NCBI GenBank assembly: GCA_002269645.1
Contig: NIVC01000493.1
Location: forward strand, 248,001 to 312,000
Length of the DNA: 64,000 nucleotides
Direction: 5' to 3'
Source: Macrostomum lignano
Taxonomy: Eukaryota
A model generated the notes under the pieces. That model made no database searches. It saw only the letters and a list, made by a program, of their open reading frames with translations, and was not told where the DNA came from. Both the position numbers and the translations under genes were made by a program. Shown piece after piece: positions 24,701 through 36,967 of this stretch (the stretch's first letter is position 1; each line of letters begins with the position of its first letter).

Positions 24701-25824
24701 TTTCCTATCTATTCATTACCTATCTCTGTAATTTTATCCTGATTCCCTCTCTCGCCTCAACAGCAGTCTGGCAACCCCTCGCATGCCAAATGAACATGCA
24801 TTGACCATATCCTCCAGACCAGATATGCTCTACACCCGAGAGGTCAGCTGAACTGTCCTGTCTACGTGCTGTTCCCCCCTTGGAATATCCTGGCCTTCTG
24901 GTGCACGCTATGTAGAGTTTAATGCAGTCGCGTGCTGGCCTGGCTAGACAAAGAGCCAAGCAGCTGAGGCCTGCTGTAATGGCATTCCCTCATCTTATAT
25001 ACGAATCCAAGTAAGACAAAGTGCTTGCTGGAAGGCACGCAGATGCAGAGAGGCAGAGAAATGAAAGCAACAGGCGCGCCCTCATTCGGCTGTAAATATG
25101 GGGAAGCATTTTATCATATATTTGATGCGTCAACAGTCTTTGTTCCACATAAGGCAAGGAAACTGAAGACCAAGACCAAGCCTCTACCAAAGTGTTTTTG
25201 CTGAGCCTCCCCGGGGCGTGCTAGGCTGGCAGGAAGCATTCAATTCTGCATAGAATGGATGAAGTGCGCCAGGAATCTTATGACTAACAAAGACCCTCCA
25301 GGCTCCATGAGTCTCTATCCATGGTTTCTTCCTAAGACCCTGGCGAAGCACCAAAACGATCGATATCGAACAAAGACTTAACCGGGCGCGCGCAGGAAAA
25401 ACATAGATGGATAGGCTGGGTGAATGTAGAGAAACGCAGGCCCCAGGCACAAGACAGCAAAGCACCAGCGACCTTGCTGAAGTTCCATACTAATGAGGAA
25501 ATTCTGGACAGAGCGATATTCCCCAAGTCCACTCTGTTCGATATCTAAAATTGAATCTCTGTGGCTGAAAAAATAATAAGTCCGCAGCGTGGAAGAGAGG
25601 GGTTGATGATGAGGGGTGACGCAACACCGAAATATCTCCTTGATATTCATTCAGTTTAGACATAGAGCCGCCGTTTAATTGTGCATGGCCCTTCAAGCAC
25701 AGGGTACTTGCTGTACAGGAGAAATCTGTGCTGGACCATTGGCTTGACACTGGTGCAGACTTTTAATTAGTAGCGTCAATTTCGCGTCAACAAGTTGGCG
25801 CCACAATGCTCATTTTGGCGAATC

Positions 25825-27655
25825 AACTATCTGGATTGGCGCCCTAACTATCTAGATTGGTGCCTCAACTATCTAGATTGGCTTCTCAACTATCTAGATT
25901 GGCGCCTCAACAACTATCTAGATTGGCGCCTCAACTATCTAGATTGGCGCCTCAACTATCTGGATTGGCGCCTCAACTAATCTGGATTGGCGCCTCAACT
26001 ATCTGGATTGGCGCCTCAACAACTATCTAGATTGGCTTCTCAACTATCTAGATTGGCTTCTCAACTATCTAGATTGGCTTCTCAACTATCTAGATTGGCG
26101 CCTCAACTAATCTGGATTGGCGCCTCAACTATCTGGATTGGCGCCTCAACTATCTGGATTGGCGCCTCAACAACTATCTAGATTGGCTTCTCAACTATCT
26201 AGATTGGCTTCTCAACTATCTAGATTGGCTTCTCAACTATCTAGATTGGCGCCTCAACTAATCTGGATTGGCGCCTCAACTATCTGGATTGGCGCCTCAA
26301 CTATCTGGATTGGCGCCTCAACAACTATCTAGATTGGCTTCTCAACTATCTAGATTGGCGCCTCAACTAATCTGGATTGGCGCCTCAACTATCTGGATTG
26401 GCGCCTCAACAACTATCTAGATTGGCTTCTCAACTATCTAGATTGGCTTCTCAACTATCTAGATTGGCTTCTCAACTATCTAGATTGGCGCCTCAACTAA
26501 TCTGGATTGGCGCCTCAACTATCTGGATTGGCGCCTCAACTATCTGGATTGGCGCCTCAACAACTATCTAGATTGGCTTCTCAACTATCTAGATTGGCGC
26601 CTCAACTAATCTGGATTGGCGCCTCAACTATCTGGATTGGCGCCTCAACAACTATCTAGATTGGCTTCTCAACTATCTAGATTGGCTTCTCAACTATCTA
26701 GATTGGCTTCTCAACTATCTAGATTGGCTTCTCAACTATCTAGATTGGCGCCTCAACTAATCTGGATTGGCGCCTCAACTATCTGGATTGGCGCCTCAAC
26801 TATCTGGATTGGCGCCTCAACAACTATCTAGATTGGCGCCTTAACTATCTATATTGGCGCCTCAACTATCTAGATTGGCGCCTCAAATATCTGGATTGGC
26901 GCCTCAACTATCTGGATTGGCGCCTCAACTATCTGGATTGGCGCCTCAACAACTATCTAGATTGGCTTCTCAACTATCTAGATTGGCGCCTCAACTAATC
27001 TGGATTGGCGCCTCAACAACTATCTAGATTGGCTTCTCAACTATCTAGATTGGCTTCTCAACTATCTAGATTGGCGCCTCAACTAATCTGGATTGGCGCC
27101 TCAACTATCTGGATTGGCGCCTCAACTATCTGGATTGGCGCCTCAACAACTATCTAGATTGGCTTCTCAACTATCTAGATTGGCTTCTCAACTATCTAGA
27201 TTGGCGCCTCAACAACTATCTAGATTGGCGCCTACACTATCTAGATTGGCGCCTCAACTATCTGGATTGGCGCCTCAACTATCTGGATTGGCGCCTCAAC
27301 AACTATCTTGATTGGCTTCTCAACTATCTAGATTGGCGCCTCAACTAATCTGGATTGGCGCCTCAACTATCTGGATTGGCGCCTCAACTATCTGGATTGG
27401 CGCCTCAACAACTATCTAGATTGGCGCCTTAACTATCTATATTGGCGCCTCAACTATCTAGATTGGCGCCTCAAATATCTGGATTGGCGCCTCAACTATC
27501 TGGATTGGCGCCTCAACAACTATCTAGATTGGCTTCTCAACTATCTAGATTGGCGCCTCAACTATCAATCTAGATTGGCGCCTCAACTAATCTGGATTGG
27601 CGCCTCAACTATCTATCTAGATTGGCGCTTCAACTAATCTGGATTGGCGCCTTAA
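25825..27655. repeat. 21-bp minisatellite (TCTAGATTGGCGCCTCAACTA)n with higher-order blocks
   Basis: Direct reading. Confidence 0.95.
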
Positions 27656-27659
27656 CTAT

Positions 27660-27772
27660 CAAGATTGGCACCACAGCTTCAAGATTGGCGCCACAGCTTT
27701 GAGATTGGCGCCACAGCTTCAAGATTGGCGCCACAGCTTCAAGATTGGCACCACAGCTTCAAGATTGGCGCT
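27660..27772. repeat. 20-bp repeat (AAGATTGGCGCCACAGCTTC)n abutting the 21-bp array
   Basis: Direct reading; about 5-6 copies. Confidence 0.88.
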
Positions 27773-28309
27773 AGATTTCCAAAATCGAGCCATAATCTCA
27801 TCATTTCGATTCCTAAAGATCCCACAACACTGCAGCTTAAGTATCGTCACCTCCAGCAGTGGATTTCATTGTTACGAAATCTTTCGAGCGCGTAAAGGTA
27901 GAGAGTTTCAGGTTGAAATCACAGGAGTAGCTATGTTTCCACAGGCCTGCATTGGCTTCATTTTCCATTTTTGTGGCATGCGTGGCATAAGCGTGTCTGC
28001 CTGTCTGCAGCCGGTTCCCTAAGTGCTTAAGTGCTTGAGTGTTATCAGGGGACTGCAATCTGGAAGTGCGCCTCTGCTAACAGAATGATAGAATCCAAGC
28101 ATGGCAAGAATTATTTACCCCTATTTTTATTAATGTAGCCATGTGTTTTTTTCACTTCCTGTTCACCTTGTTTCAACTAGCAGAAGTGCCGTGTATCCTG
28201 GCGGATGAACATCCGGGTGTCTCACTCCCTCGGTATGAGTAATCTGTGCTTTATATAGACTACCTATCGTTTGTTTGTAAAAACAAATGTCATGGAAATT
28301 TGAGCTTGC

Positions 28310-28878
28310 GCCCCCTGCCCAATGTCAGAAGTGGCGCCCCCCGCAAATATCAAAAGTGGCGCCCCCCCGCAAATATCAAAAGTGGCGCCCCCCGCAAATA
28401 TCAAAAGTGGCGCCCCCCGCAAATATCAAAAGTGGCGCCCCCCGCAAATGTCAAAAGTGGCGCCCCCTCCAAAAAATTAGAAGTGGCGCCCCCTCCAAAA
28501 AATCAGAAGTGGCGCCCCCTCCAAAAAATCAGAAGTGGCGCCCCCCCCCAAATATCAGAAGTGGCGCCCCCCCAAATATCAGATGTGGCGCCCCCCTCCC
28601 CAAATATCAGAAGTGGCGCCCCCCCAAATATCAGATGTGGCGCCCCCCCCAAATATCAGAAGTGGCGCGCCCCCCCCCCCCAAATATCAGAAGTGGCGCC
28701 CCCCCCAAATATCAGATGTGGCGCCCCCCTCCCCAAATATCAGAAGTGGCGCCCCCCCCCCAAATATCAGATGTGGCGCCCCCCCCCCCCAAATATCAGA
28801 TGTGGCGCCCCCCCAAATATCAGATGTGGCGCCCCCCCCAAATATCAGATGTGGCGCCCCCCCCCCAAATATCAGAAG
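28310..28878. repeat. ~23-26-bp minisatellite (AAATATCAGAAGTGGCGCCCCCCC)n
   Basis: Direct reading; C-run length varies between units. Confidence 0.92.
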
Positions 28879-29454
28879 TCGAAATAAAAGTTACAACAAG
28901 TAAAGGTTATTTGAATATTATTCGGCAAGAATAATCAAGAATTGCGAACCAGACTTTTACTTTTGATATTATTATCAATTTAAGCTCGAGTCATTGCGGT
29001 ATTTTTAATATAAACAAAAACAGCATACGCTACTCTGCTGCACTAGTCGTACAAGATAAATTAGGGCGCAAGTCATGGCGCATACTTTGAACACTACTTA
29101 CGAGCTACGACAGTAGAGAAATAGGGGCATGGCGCTATTTATTGTCTGTGAAATACAAAATCATTTTAGCGGGCGTTTAAATTTGCGTTAAGAGAAAAGC
29201 AAAAATTCGTTTTTAAGGGATAGATATGCTATAGATCTCATTGTTTTCTCATCTATCTACGTAACTTCTCATTGCATTCTCATCTACATGTATCTACATG
29301 TATATAACTTCTCAATGTATTATCATCTATCTGTACAAATTTCACTGTATTTTCATCCTTCTACATAACTTCGCATCCTATTCTCATACAACCGCACACT
29401 TCTCAAAATATTCTCATCTATCAACCAGGTGTACATGTACTTATCTCAGTGTTC

Positions 29455-30105
29455 TCATACATCTGCATGCTTCTCATCAGCTCTGTTGGCAGTCAGCCTG
29501 TCGACTCCCCCAGAGCACAGCGGCCGCAGTTCGACTGCCTCGGCCACCGATGTTGTCGAGGCGTTGTCTGCGACTTTGTCGCCGGCCGCCGACAGGCTGT
29601 GGCTCCGGTATTTGCTGACTTCCCCGCAGCTGCTTCTGGCGCCACCCCTGCTGCTGCGCCCGTCGTTACCGGCGCCAACGCCACCTCCGCCGCCACCGCC
29701 AGCGCCGCCACCAGCGCCAGCGCCGCCGCCAGCGCCGCGGCACAGACTGCGACGAACCAGCCGCCTGAAGTTGGCATTCAAGCTGTAGAAGATGAGAAAA
29801 TTGGTGGCGCTATCAAGGGTGAGCATCAAATCGTTCAGCGGGATCGTCCAATCCGGCAGGCTGTTAAACAGCCCCAGCGCCACCAGCAGAGAGCCGGGCA
29901 TGTCCAGCACAGTGAAGGACAGAGCCAGGGCCAGCACGATGACACTCGCCCGTTTGGTTGAGCCGTCGGAGCCGGCGCCCTGACTGCCTGCCGCTCCGTT
30001 GGGAGGCCGGCGGCCGCACAGGCCGCAGCAGAGGTGGGCGGCGATGGCCACGGAGCTGACCAGGATCAGCGGCACCGGTAGGTAGGTCTGCGGCACTCGC
30101 ATCGC
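29455..30105 (-). CDS. Orphan rhodopsin-class (class A) GPCR, coding exon 3 (TM5-TM7 and C-tail)
   Basis: Acceptor CTCGGCAG (phase 0). Reads YLPVPLILVSSVAIAAHLC (TM5), KRASVIVLALALSFTVLDMPGSLL (TM6), DLMLTLDSATNFLIFYSLNANFRRLV (TM7/helix 8). Stop at 29457-29455. Confidence 0.88.
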   Translation of the reverse strand, partial: AMRVPQTYLPVPLILVSSVAIAAHLCCGLCGRRPPNGAAGSQGAGSDGSTKRASVIVLALALSFTVLDMPGSLLVALGLFNSLPDWTIPLNDLMLTLDSATNFLIFYSLNANFRRLVRRSLCRGAGGGAGAGGGAGGGGGGGVGAGNDGRSSRGGARSSCGEVSKYRSHSLSAAGDKVADNASTTSVAEAVELRPLCSGGVDRLTANRADEKHADV

Positions 30106-30134
30106 CTGCCGAGGAATTGAGGAACTTATGCAGC

Positions 30135-30508
30135 ATCCGGCTTGTGCAGCATCGAGCTTATGAAGCATCGAGTTGATGAAGCATCGAGCTGATGAAGCAT
30201 CGAGCTGATGAAGCATCGAGCTGATGAAGCATCCAGCTGATGAAGCATCGAGCTGATGAAGTATCGAGCTGATGAAGCATCGAGCTGATGAAGCATCCAG
30301 CTGATGAAGCATCAAGCTGATGAAGCATCGAGCTGATGAAGCATCGAGCTGATGAAGCATCGAGCTGATGAAGCATCGAGCTGATGAAGCATCGAGCTGA
30401 TGAAGCATCGAGCTGATGAAGCATCGAGCTGATGAAGCATCGAGCTGATGAAGCATCGAGCTGATGAAGCATCGAGCTGATGAAGCATCGAGCTGATGAA
30501 GTATCGAA
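30135..30508. repeat. 16-bp intronic minisatellite (GATGAAGCATCGAGCT)n in GPCR intron 2
   Basis: Direct reading; fills intron 30520-30106. Confidence 0.95.
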
Positions 30509-30520
30509 GCGCGCGCTCAC

Positions 30521-30769
30521 CTGGATGGTGGCCCAACAGGCGGTCCCGTTGCCAAGTTTGTTGTCAGCCAGCCGGCAGAGCACCAAGTCGGCGGCCTGCA
30601 GCGTCAGGCCGGCCGCGGCCACGGCGGCAAAGGTTCCGAGCTGGAATCCTCGAGTCAGCCGGCTGCGAAATTCGATGGGCCAGAAGGTGGCCAGAAAGCG
30701 AAACAGGCTGATGCAGCCCGTCCAGGTGTTCTTCACGCCCAGACTCCAGGAGATCAAGTAGAAAGTAGC
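30521..30769 (-). CDS. Orphan class A GPCR, coding exon 2 (TM3-TM4)
   Basis: Acceptor GGCTCAG, donor CAG|GTGAGC, 249 nt with phases 0/0. Reads ATFYLISWSLGVKNTWTGCISLFRFLATFWPIEFR, where SLFRFLA is the DRY-equivalent position. Confidence 0.85.
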
Positions 30770-31094
30770 CTGAGCCAGGTTAAAAAAATCAATATTTTAT
30801 TGAAAAAAAAATTAGTTCACTCAGCATGCTACTGAACTTTCAAGCATAAGTAGCTTAATAAGGATATCAAATGATAATTTATTATGCTGGCATTAAGTGC
30901 TTTGGTTATAGAAATATTTTCGGCCAAAATTTGAAACTTGTTTGACATTGAAGTTTATTTTAGAGCCAAGAACGCATTCTAAAATGAAAATGTCTCTAGG
31001 GTGGAGTGGGATCTTAAAATATGAATTTGGGATCCAAGAAGCATAAGTTAAGTTTCTAAATGAAAAAAACTATATTACCTTGGAGAGATAAATT

Positions 31095-31833
31095 GAAGAA
31101 TCTAAGGGGGTCAACTGAAGGATCTAAGGAGGGTCAAACGAAGGATCTAATGGGGTCAATTGAAGGATGTAAGGGGGGTCAACTGAAGGATCTAAGGAGG
31201 GTCAACTGAAGGATCTAAGGAGGGTCAACTGAAGGAACTAAGGAGGGTCAACTGAAGGATCTAATGGGGTCAACTGAAGGAACTAAGGAGGGTCAACTGA
31301 AGGATCTAAGGGGGTCAACTGAAGATCTAAGAGGACACAACTGAAGATCTAAGAGGACACAAATGAAGGATCTAAGAGGACACAAATGAAGGATCTAAGA
31401 GGACACAACTGCAGGATCTAAGAGGACACAAATGAAGGATCTAAGAGGACACAAATGAAGGATCTAAGAGAACACAAATGAAGGATCTAAGAGGACACAA
31501 CTGCAGGATCTAAGAGGACACAAATGAAGGATCTAAGAGGACACAAATGAAGGATCTAAGAGGACACAAATGAAGGATCTAAGAGGACACAACTGCAGGA
31601 TCTAAGAGGACACAAATGAAGGATCTAAGAGGACACAAATGAAGGATCTAAGAGGACACAACTGCAGGATCTAAGAGGACACAAATGAAGGATCTAAGAG
31701 GACACAAATGAAGGATCTAAGAGGACACAAATGAAGGATCTAAGAGGACACAAATGAAGGATCTAAGAGGACACAAATGAAGGATCTAAGAGGACACAAA
31801 TGAAGGATCTAAGAGGACACAAATGAAGGATCT
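31095..31833. repeat. 23-bp minisatellite in two sub-domains (AACTGAAGGATCTAAGGAGGGTC then AAATGAAGGATCTAAGAGGACAC)
   Basis: Direct reading; in GPCR intron 1. Confidence 0.92.
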
Positions 31834-32464
31834 ACACTCGTACGGTCACAGCTGAATCAGCAACAGCAGGGACAAATGAAGTATCTGCTGAAAGTAATAT
31901 TTTATATCAAGAAAACATCTCAGAGGATATTTCGGAGAGGAAGAAAGTAACTCAACCATCCAACAGCTTTCGAGCCTTCAATTTCCTTTGCTCTGACTTC
32001 CTTCCTGCTCCTATTATAACTCGTAGCTCGATCTTACGTCCGGGAAGATAAGAACGCGCAGGCTGGCCCGGAGAAGCGCCGGAACGGAGATGAGGCACGT
32101 CGCATCGGCCAGTATGGCTTCTCAGAGTGAAACCTGTGGGACTCTTCCCCTGGGAGGCAGAGCAGTGACTCTCAGAACTCTGCGGAAGCTGCGGAGCGGG
32201 ACGCTGCTCCCGAGAAGAGAAAAGTCAAGGCACCCTCCCCCCGGCCAGGAAGTTGGCTCGGAGAAGACAGGAGGCTGTTATTTCTTTCAGCTGCTGCTCC
32301 TGGGAAAACCACTGCTTAAAAATGCGATTCATTTTGATTAGCCGTTTCTGACATGCTGATTTATCCGATTGCATAGCGCCCGGGATCCCGATCCTTCTTT
32401 CTTTGTCAGCTTTTGCTATTGCCCCAACCGAAAACGCAAGGTACACAATGCTTATGACGATAAA

Positions 32465-33098
32465 CCAGTCAGGACCGTTGTACACCCACTGTGTGACAAT
32501 GAGGCAGTCAGGACCGCTGTACACCCTCTGTGTGTGACAATGAGGCAGTCAGGACCGCTGTACACTCTCTGTGTGTGACGATGAGGCAGTCAGGACCGCT
32601 GTACACCCTCTGTGTGTGACAATGAGGCAGTCAGGACCGCTGTACACCCTCTGTGTGTGACGATGAGACAGTCAGGACCGCTGTACACCCTCTGTGTGGG
32701 ACGATGAGACAGTCAGGACCGCTGTACACCCTCTGTGTGTGACGATGAGACAGTCAGGACCGCCGTACACCCTCTGTGTGTGACGATGAGACAGTCAGGA
32801 CCGCTGTACACTCTCTGTTTGTGACGATGAGACAGCCAGGACCGCTGTACACCCTCTGTGTGTGACGATGAGGCAGTCAGGACCGCTGTACACTCTCTGT
32901 GTGTGACGATGAGGCAGTCAGGACCGCTGTACACCCTCTGTGTGTGACAATGAGGCAGTCAGGACCGCTGTACACCCTCTGTGTGTGACGATGAGACAGT
33001 CAGGACCGCTGTACACCCTCTGTGTGTGACGATGAGGCAGTCAGGACCGCTGTACACCCTCTGTGTGTGACGATGAGGCAGTCAGGACCGCTGTACAC
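32465..33098. repeat. 41-bp minisatellite (GAGGCAGTCAGGACCGCTGTACACCCTCTGTGTGTGACGAT)n
   Basis: Direct reading; about 15 units. Confidence 0.95.
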
Positions 33099-33756
33099 GA
33101 TCTCAGTGAATAAAGTGCCTATGCAAACATCTAAGAGACAATGAGCTTTGAAGTTCTATATAGTAATAGTTAGAAATTCTATCTAGTTGACCCGCTAGCT
33201 AGCTGCAAACTCAGTTATCATACACTCGTACATCTCCAGTACATCTCGTAAATTTATAGATGGCTCCAAGCCGCCATACTTCCAGCAAAACTCGCCCCCC
33301 TGTCATTCCTGTGGCGCAGGTGCCCCTGGTCCTAGCCGCCGCCATTACTTAAAAGCATTATTCAGCTGCCTCGAGCCAGTCTTGCAAAGGATTTACCCTT
33401 TATCATGCTGTGTCGTCTTCTATAGCAGATAACTACGGTTTTCCCTGTCCCAAAGCAGCGTATTGAGGTGCCGACCGCATGGCTGCCACTAAGTATCCAC
33501 TTTAGCTGCTGTCCTTTAGCCTTTAGACATGGGAATAAGTGTGGCGCATCCGGCCTCCCCCACTGATCCCGATCGCTGCCCTCTCTGAAGGCATTCTGAT
33601 TGATGCACAACTGGCCTCTCTGCTGCCCCTTGTCCGCGCTATGCCATCATAAATGATATTATCGATTATGTGATGCGGAATGCAGGGATAAATAGCGAGA
33701 AATTCAATATCTCGGATAGGTCGTAAAACACTTGACTACCGAAATTCAGCTCGAAG

Positions 33757-34545
33757 TAAATAATAATAAAGGCTGGAGGGCTGCGGGCACCCTGGCGCAA
33801 CGCCCTCGGCGACACCGTCCCACAGCCAGCGCTGACGGCTAGATAGATAGAGACATGCAGAAGCTAGTGGGCTCCTGCGCACACGCGCTCGCGAAACAGA
33901 CGGGAGGGGCAGGCGGCTGTGATCTGGGGGCTGAGACCCAGCGCCTGCAAGTCAGCCACAAAACAGTCAGTCAGCGTCACAGTTCGCCCTTGGCCACGAC
34001 GCTTTCGCTCCGTCGGCTGGTGCAGGAGGACCAGCGCTAGAGGGACTTGGTCGCCGCGGCCGTGACTCCGGAGGCAGTGGCCCAGCAGCATCTGGCGGCG
34101 CCGGCGCAGGGTGACGCTCAGGTCTGGAACGCCGGCGCGGGCCATCAGGTCTCTGGACGGCAACCTCTCAGAGTAGTGCACACCCAGGGCGTAGCGCAGC
34201 AGGGACCTGTAGAGCGCGTCCAGAGCTCGCTCTCGTGTGCCGGTCATCGGCACCGCTTCCATACCGTACAGGAGGATCGGCTCCACAGCCGCGGCGGCTA
34301 CTCTGCCAATACTGTACGCAGGCAGGCACACGCTCACCCAGGGTGTACAGCGGCCCCCTGACTTTCTAACCGTAAGGCATGTACACTCTCTGTGCCTTGA
34401 GGGGGTTGGCCTGTGAATCGCACGACAATCCGCCGGTCAATTTTCGTGCACACAAGCCCCAAATGAATGTCTGTTTGCACACGGAATCGAACCAGGGGTC
34501 GTGGCGTGAGAGTCTACCGCTGACTTTCTCAGCTCCAGTTAGAAG
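33757..34545 (-). mobile_element. Chimeric retroelement: tRNA-derived SINE head joined to the 3' fragment of an RTE-type non-LTR retrotransposon, with (TTA)n tail
   Basis: B box GGTTCGATTCC (34493-34483) and body align with the SINE at 38440. Segment ~34293-33864 encodes AVEPILLYGMEA..LDALYRSLLRYALGV..LRRRRQMLLGHCLR..PTERKRRGQGR, the RT C-terminal pattern of RTE/RTEX LINEs. Tail TTTATTATTATTT at 33770-33757. Confidence 0.78.
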
Positions 34546-35984
34546 CCAGAGACCGCTCCAGAAGTTCAAGGACACTTGGTTTCTAAGAAAGATCCTAATC
34601 ACGTGCGGTAGCAATCAAAATATTGATGCTGCAACTTGGAGTGAAAGAACTCGAAGGTTTTCCATCTCGGTAATGCTTTCCATTTTTTCTACCAAACGAA
34701 ATTTGTCAGATATTGAATCTGTCACGATCCTGCTTCCATAGATTCGAATTTTGAAGCAGCTTTTTATTATTTTGAGTTTGATTTTCTCAAAGTTCTTTCT
34801 GATTTTTTTTCAGAAGATTCGGTCCGCTTCCAATCCGGATGTCGCAGCCAGTTGTCATGGACTGCTAAATCCCTTATCAAAAATTCAATTTGGATTTGAC
34901 TCAAAAGCTGTCGTTTGCAGTCTTAATTATCCTCAACTTCCCTCAATCGCCTCGTGAGGGTGCCGCCTCATCACCGAGTCCGAATTAATTCCAATCAGCT
35001 GAAATCTGCAGCCCTCCTCCTGACAAAGATGGAGATCGTTTGAGTAATTTGAGGCTGGGTGCCGCTTGCCTGCTCACGCCTCTCTGTCTCTAGCCAGTGA
35101 TCCGATGTTCCTTTTATCTACTTCTCACAATCTTAATCGATCCTTCTGCCTCTCTGCCTCTCAATCAAATTCTCCTGTCCACTCCTATCCTTCTTCATCT
35201 ACTTTCTCTCCCTCTAACCTACCTCTCCCTGTGTACCTCGCTAACCTATCTACTTCTTCATCTATCACTCCTCCTCTTCTCATCCATCTACCTCTCTCCC
35301 ACCCTATGTACCTCTATCTTAATCTAGCTCTAGCTCTCTCTCCCTATCTACTTCACTCCATCCATCTACCATTCTTTCTCTCTATCTACCTTTCTATACC
35401 TATTCTCCGTCTACCACTCTCCCTCTCTGTCTATCACCTCATCCAATACCCGTCCCTCCTCCATTTCATTTTCCCTCTAAAATCGATATCCTCTCCACCC
35501 CTTCATCATCTGCCCGTGACATCCCTCTTTCGAGAAGCCAGCGGCAGGATTGAAATCGAGCCCCCCTCGAGGCGCAAGATATTGCATATATTGCGTGCGC
35601 TGTGTTTGAAGAAACCGAGAATGAGAACAAGTCGAAATCAGCGGAGAAGTTATCACTCCCAGCTCCCCAGAGCTGCTACTTCTCCGTGGGTTCTTCGCAC
35701 AGTGTTATACTCGTTAACTACAGCGATTTCGAGATATGTGGAATTGTTTATACTTGAACAAAAATGAGGGTAGCACAAGGTAATCCCATATTATCCGCGA
35801 AATCTGCGAATGGGCTAGTTGGCTGCGAGCGGGTAAACCCAGCTGCTATGCGGGATATGGCTCTGATGCAGCTGGAGGTGCGAAAGTTCATCAAGGGTCC
35901 GCCAGGTTTGGGGAATTCAAATAAACTGAATAAATATCAAGAATCTTCCCTCTAGCTTTGCCAGTCAGTTCTTCTCCGTTTGTC

Positions 35985-36418
35985 TCCATTGCCCAGATTG
36001 TTTAGTTTACAGAGTCCACTGTGGTTACTTCAGGTCAATGCCCAGCTTGTTTAGTTTACAGAGTCCACTGTGGTTACTTCAGGTCATCGCCCAGCTTGTT
36101 TAGTTTACAGAGTCCACTGTGGTTACTTCAGGTCAATGCCCAGCTTGTTTAGTTTACAGAGTCCACTGTGGTTACTTCAGGTCAATGCCCAGCTTGTTTA
36201 GTTTACAGAGTCCACTGTGGTTACTTCAGGTCATTGCCCAGCTTGTTTAGTTTACAGAGTCCACTGTGGTTACTTCAGGTCATTGCCCAGCTTGTTTAGT
36301 TTACAGAGTCCACTGTGGTTACTTCAGGTCATTGCCCAGCTTGTTTAGTTTACAGAGTCCACTGTGGTTACTTCAGGTCATTGCCCAGCTTGTTTAGTTT
36401 ACAGAATCCACTGTGGCT
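35985..36418. repeat. 49-bp minisatellite (GCCCAGCTTGTTTAGTTTACAGAGTCCACTGTGGTTACTTCAGGTCATT)n
   Basis: Direct reading; about 9 units. Confidence 0.94.
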
Positions 36419-36420
36419 AC

Positions 36421-36928
36421 AGAGGGAACTGACCAGAGCAAAGGGAACTGACCAGATTAGAGGGAACTGACCAGATCGGAGGGAACTGACCAGAGCAAAG
36501 GGAACTGACCAGATCAGAAGGAACTGACCAGAGCAAAGGGAACTGACCAGATCAGAGGGAACTGACCAGATCAGAGGGAACTGACCAGATCAGAGGGAAC
36601 TGACCAGATCGGAGGGAACTGACCAGAGCAAAGGGAACTGACCAGATCAGAAGGAACTGACCAGAGCAAAGGGAACTGACCAGATCAGAGGGAACTGACC
36701 AGATCAGAGGGAACTGACCAGATCAGAGGGAACTAACCAGATCAGAGGGAACTGACCAGATCAGAGGGAACTGACCAGATCAGAGGGAACTGACCAGATC
36801 GGAGGGAACTGACCGGATCGGAGGGAAACGACCAGATCAGAGGGAACTGACCAGATCGGAGGGAACTGACCAGATCGGAGGGAACTGACCGGATCGGAGG
36901 GAACCGACCAGACCGGAGGGAACTGACC
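36421..36928. repeat. 19-bp minisatellite (AGAGGGAACTGACCAGATC)n just inside the donor of GPCR intron 1
   Basis: Direct reading. Confidence 0.94.
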
Positions 36929-36967
36929 TCCCCTCTCTCAACACTGAACAGCAGAGTTACCGCTCAC

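Noticed and set aside
24720-25750. Several short ORFs in unique sequence
   Set aside because: No recognisable domain, no consistent splice phases, multiple stops.
30158-30536. ARCFISSMLHQLDASS repeats as part of the GPCR
   Set aside because: They lie in a 415-nt GT-AG intron (not a multiple of 3); exons 2 and 3 join in phase without them.
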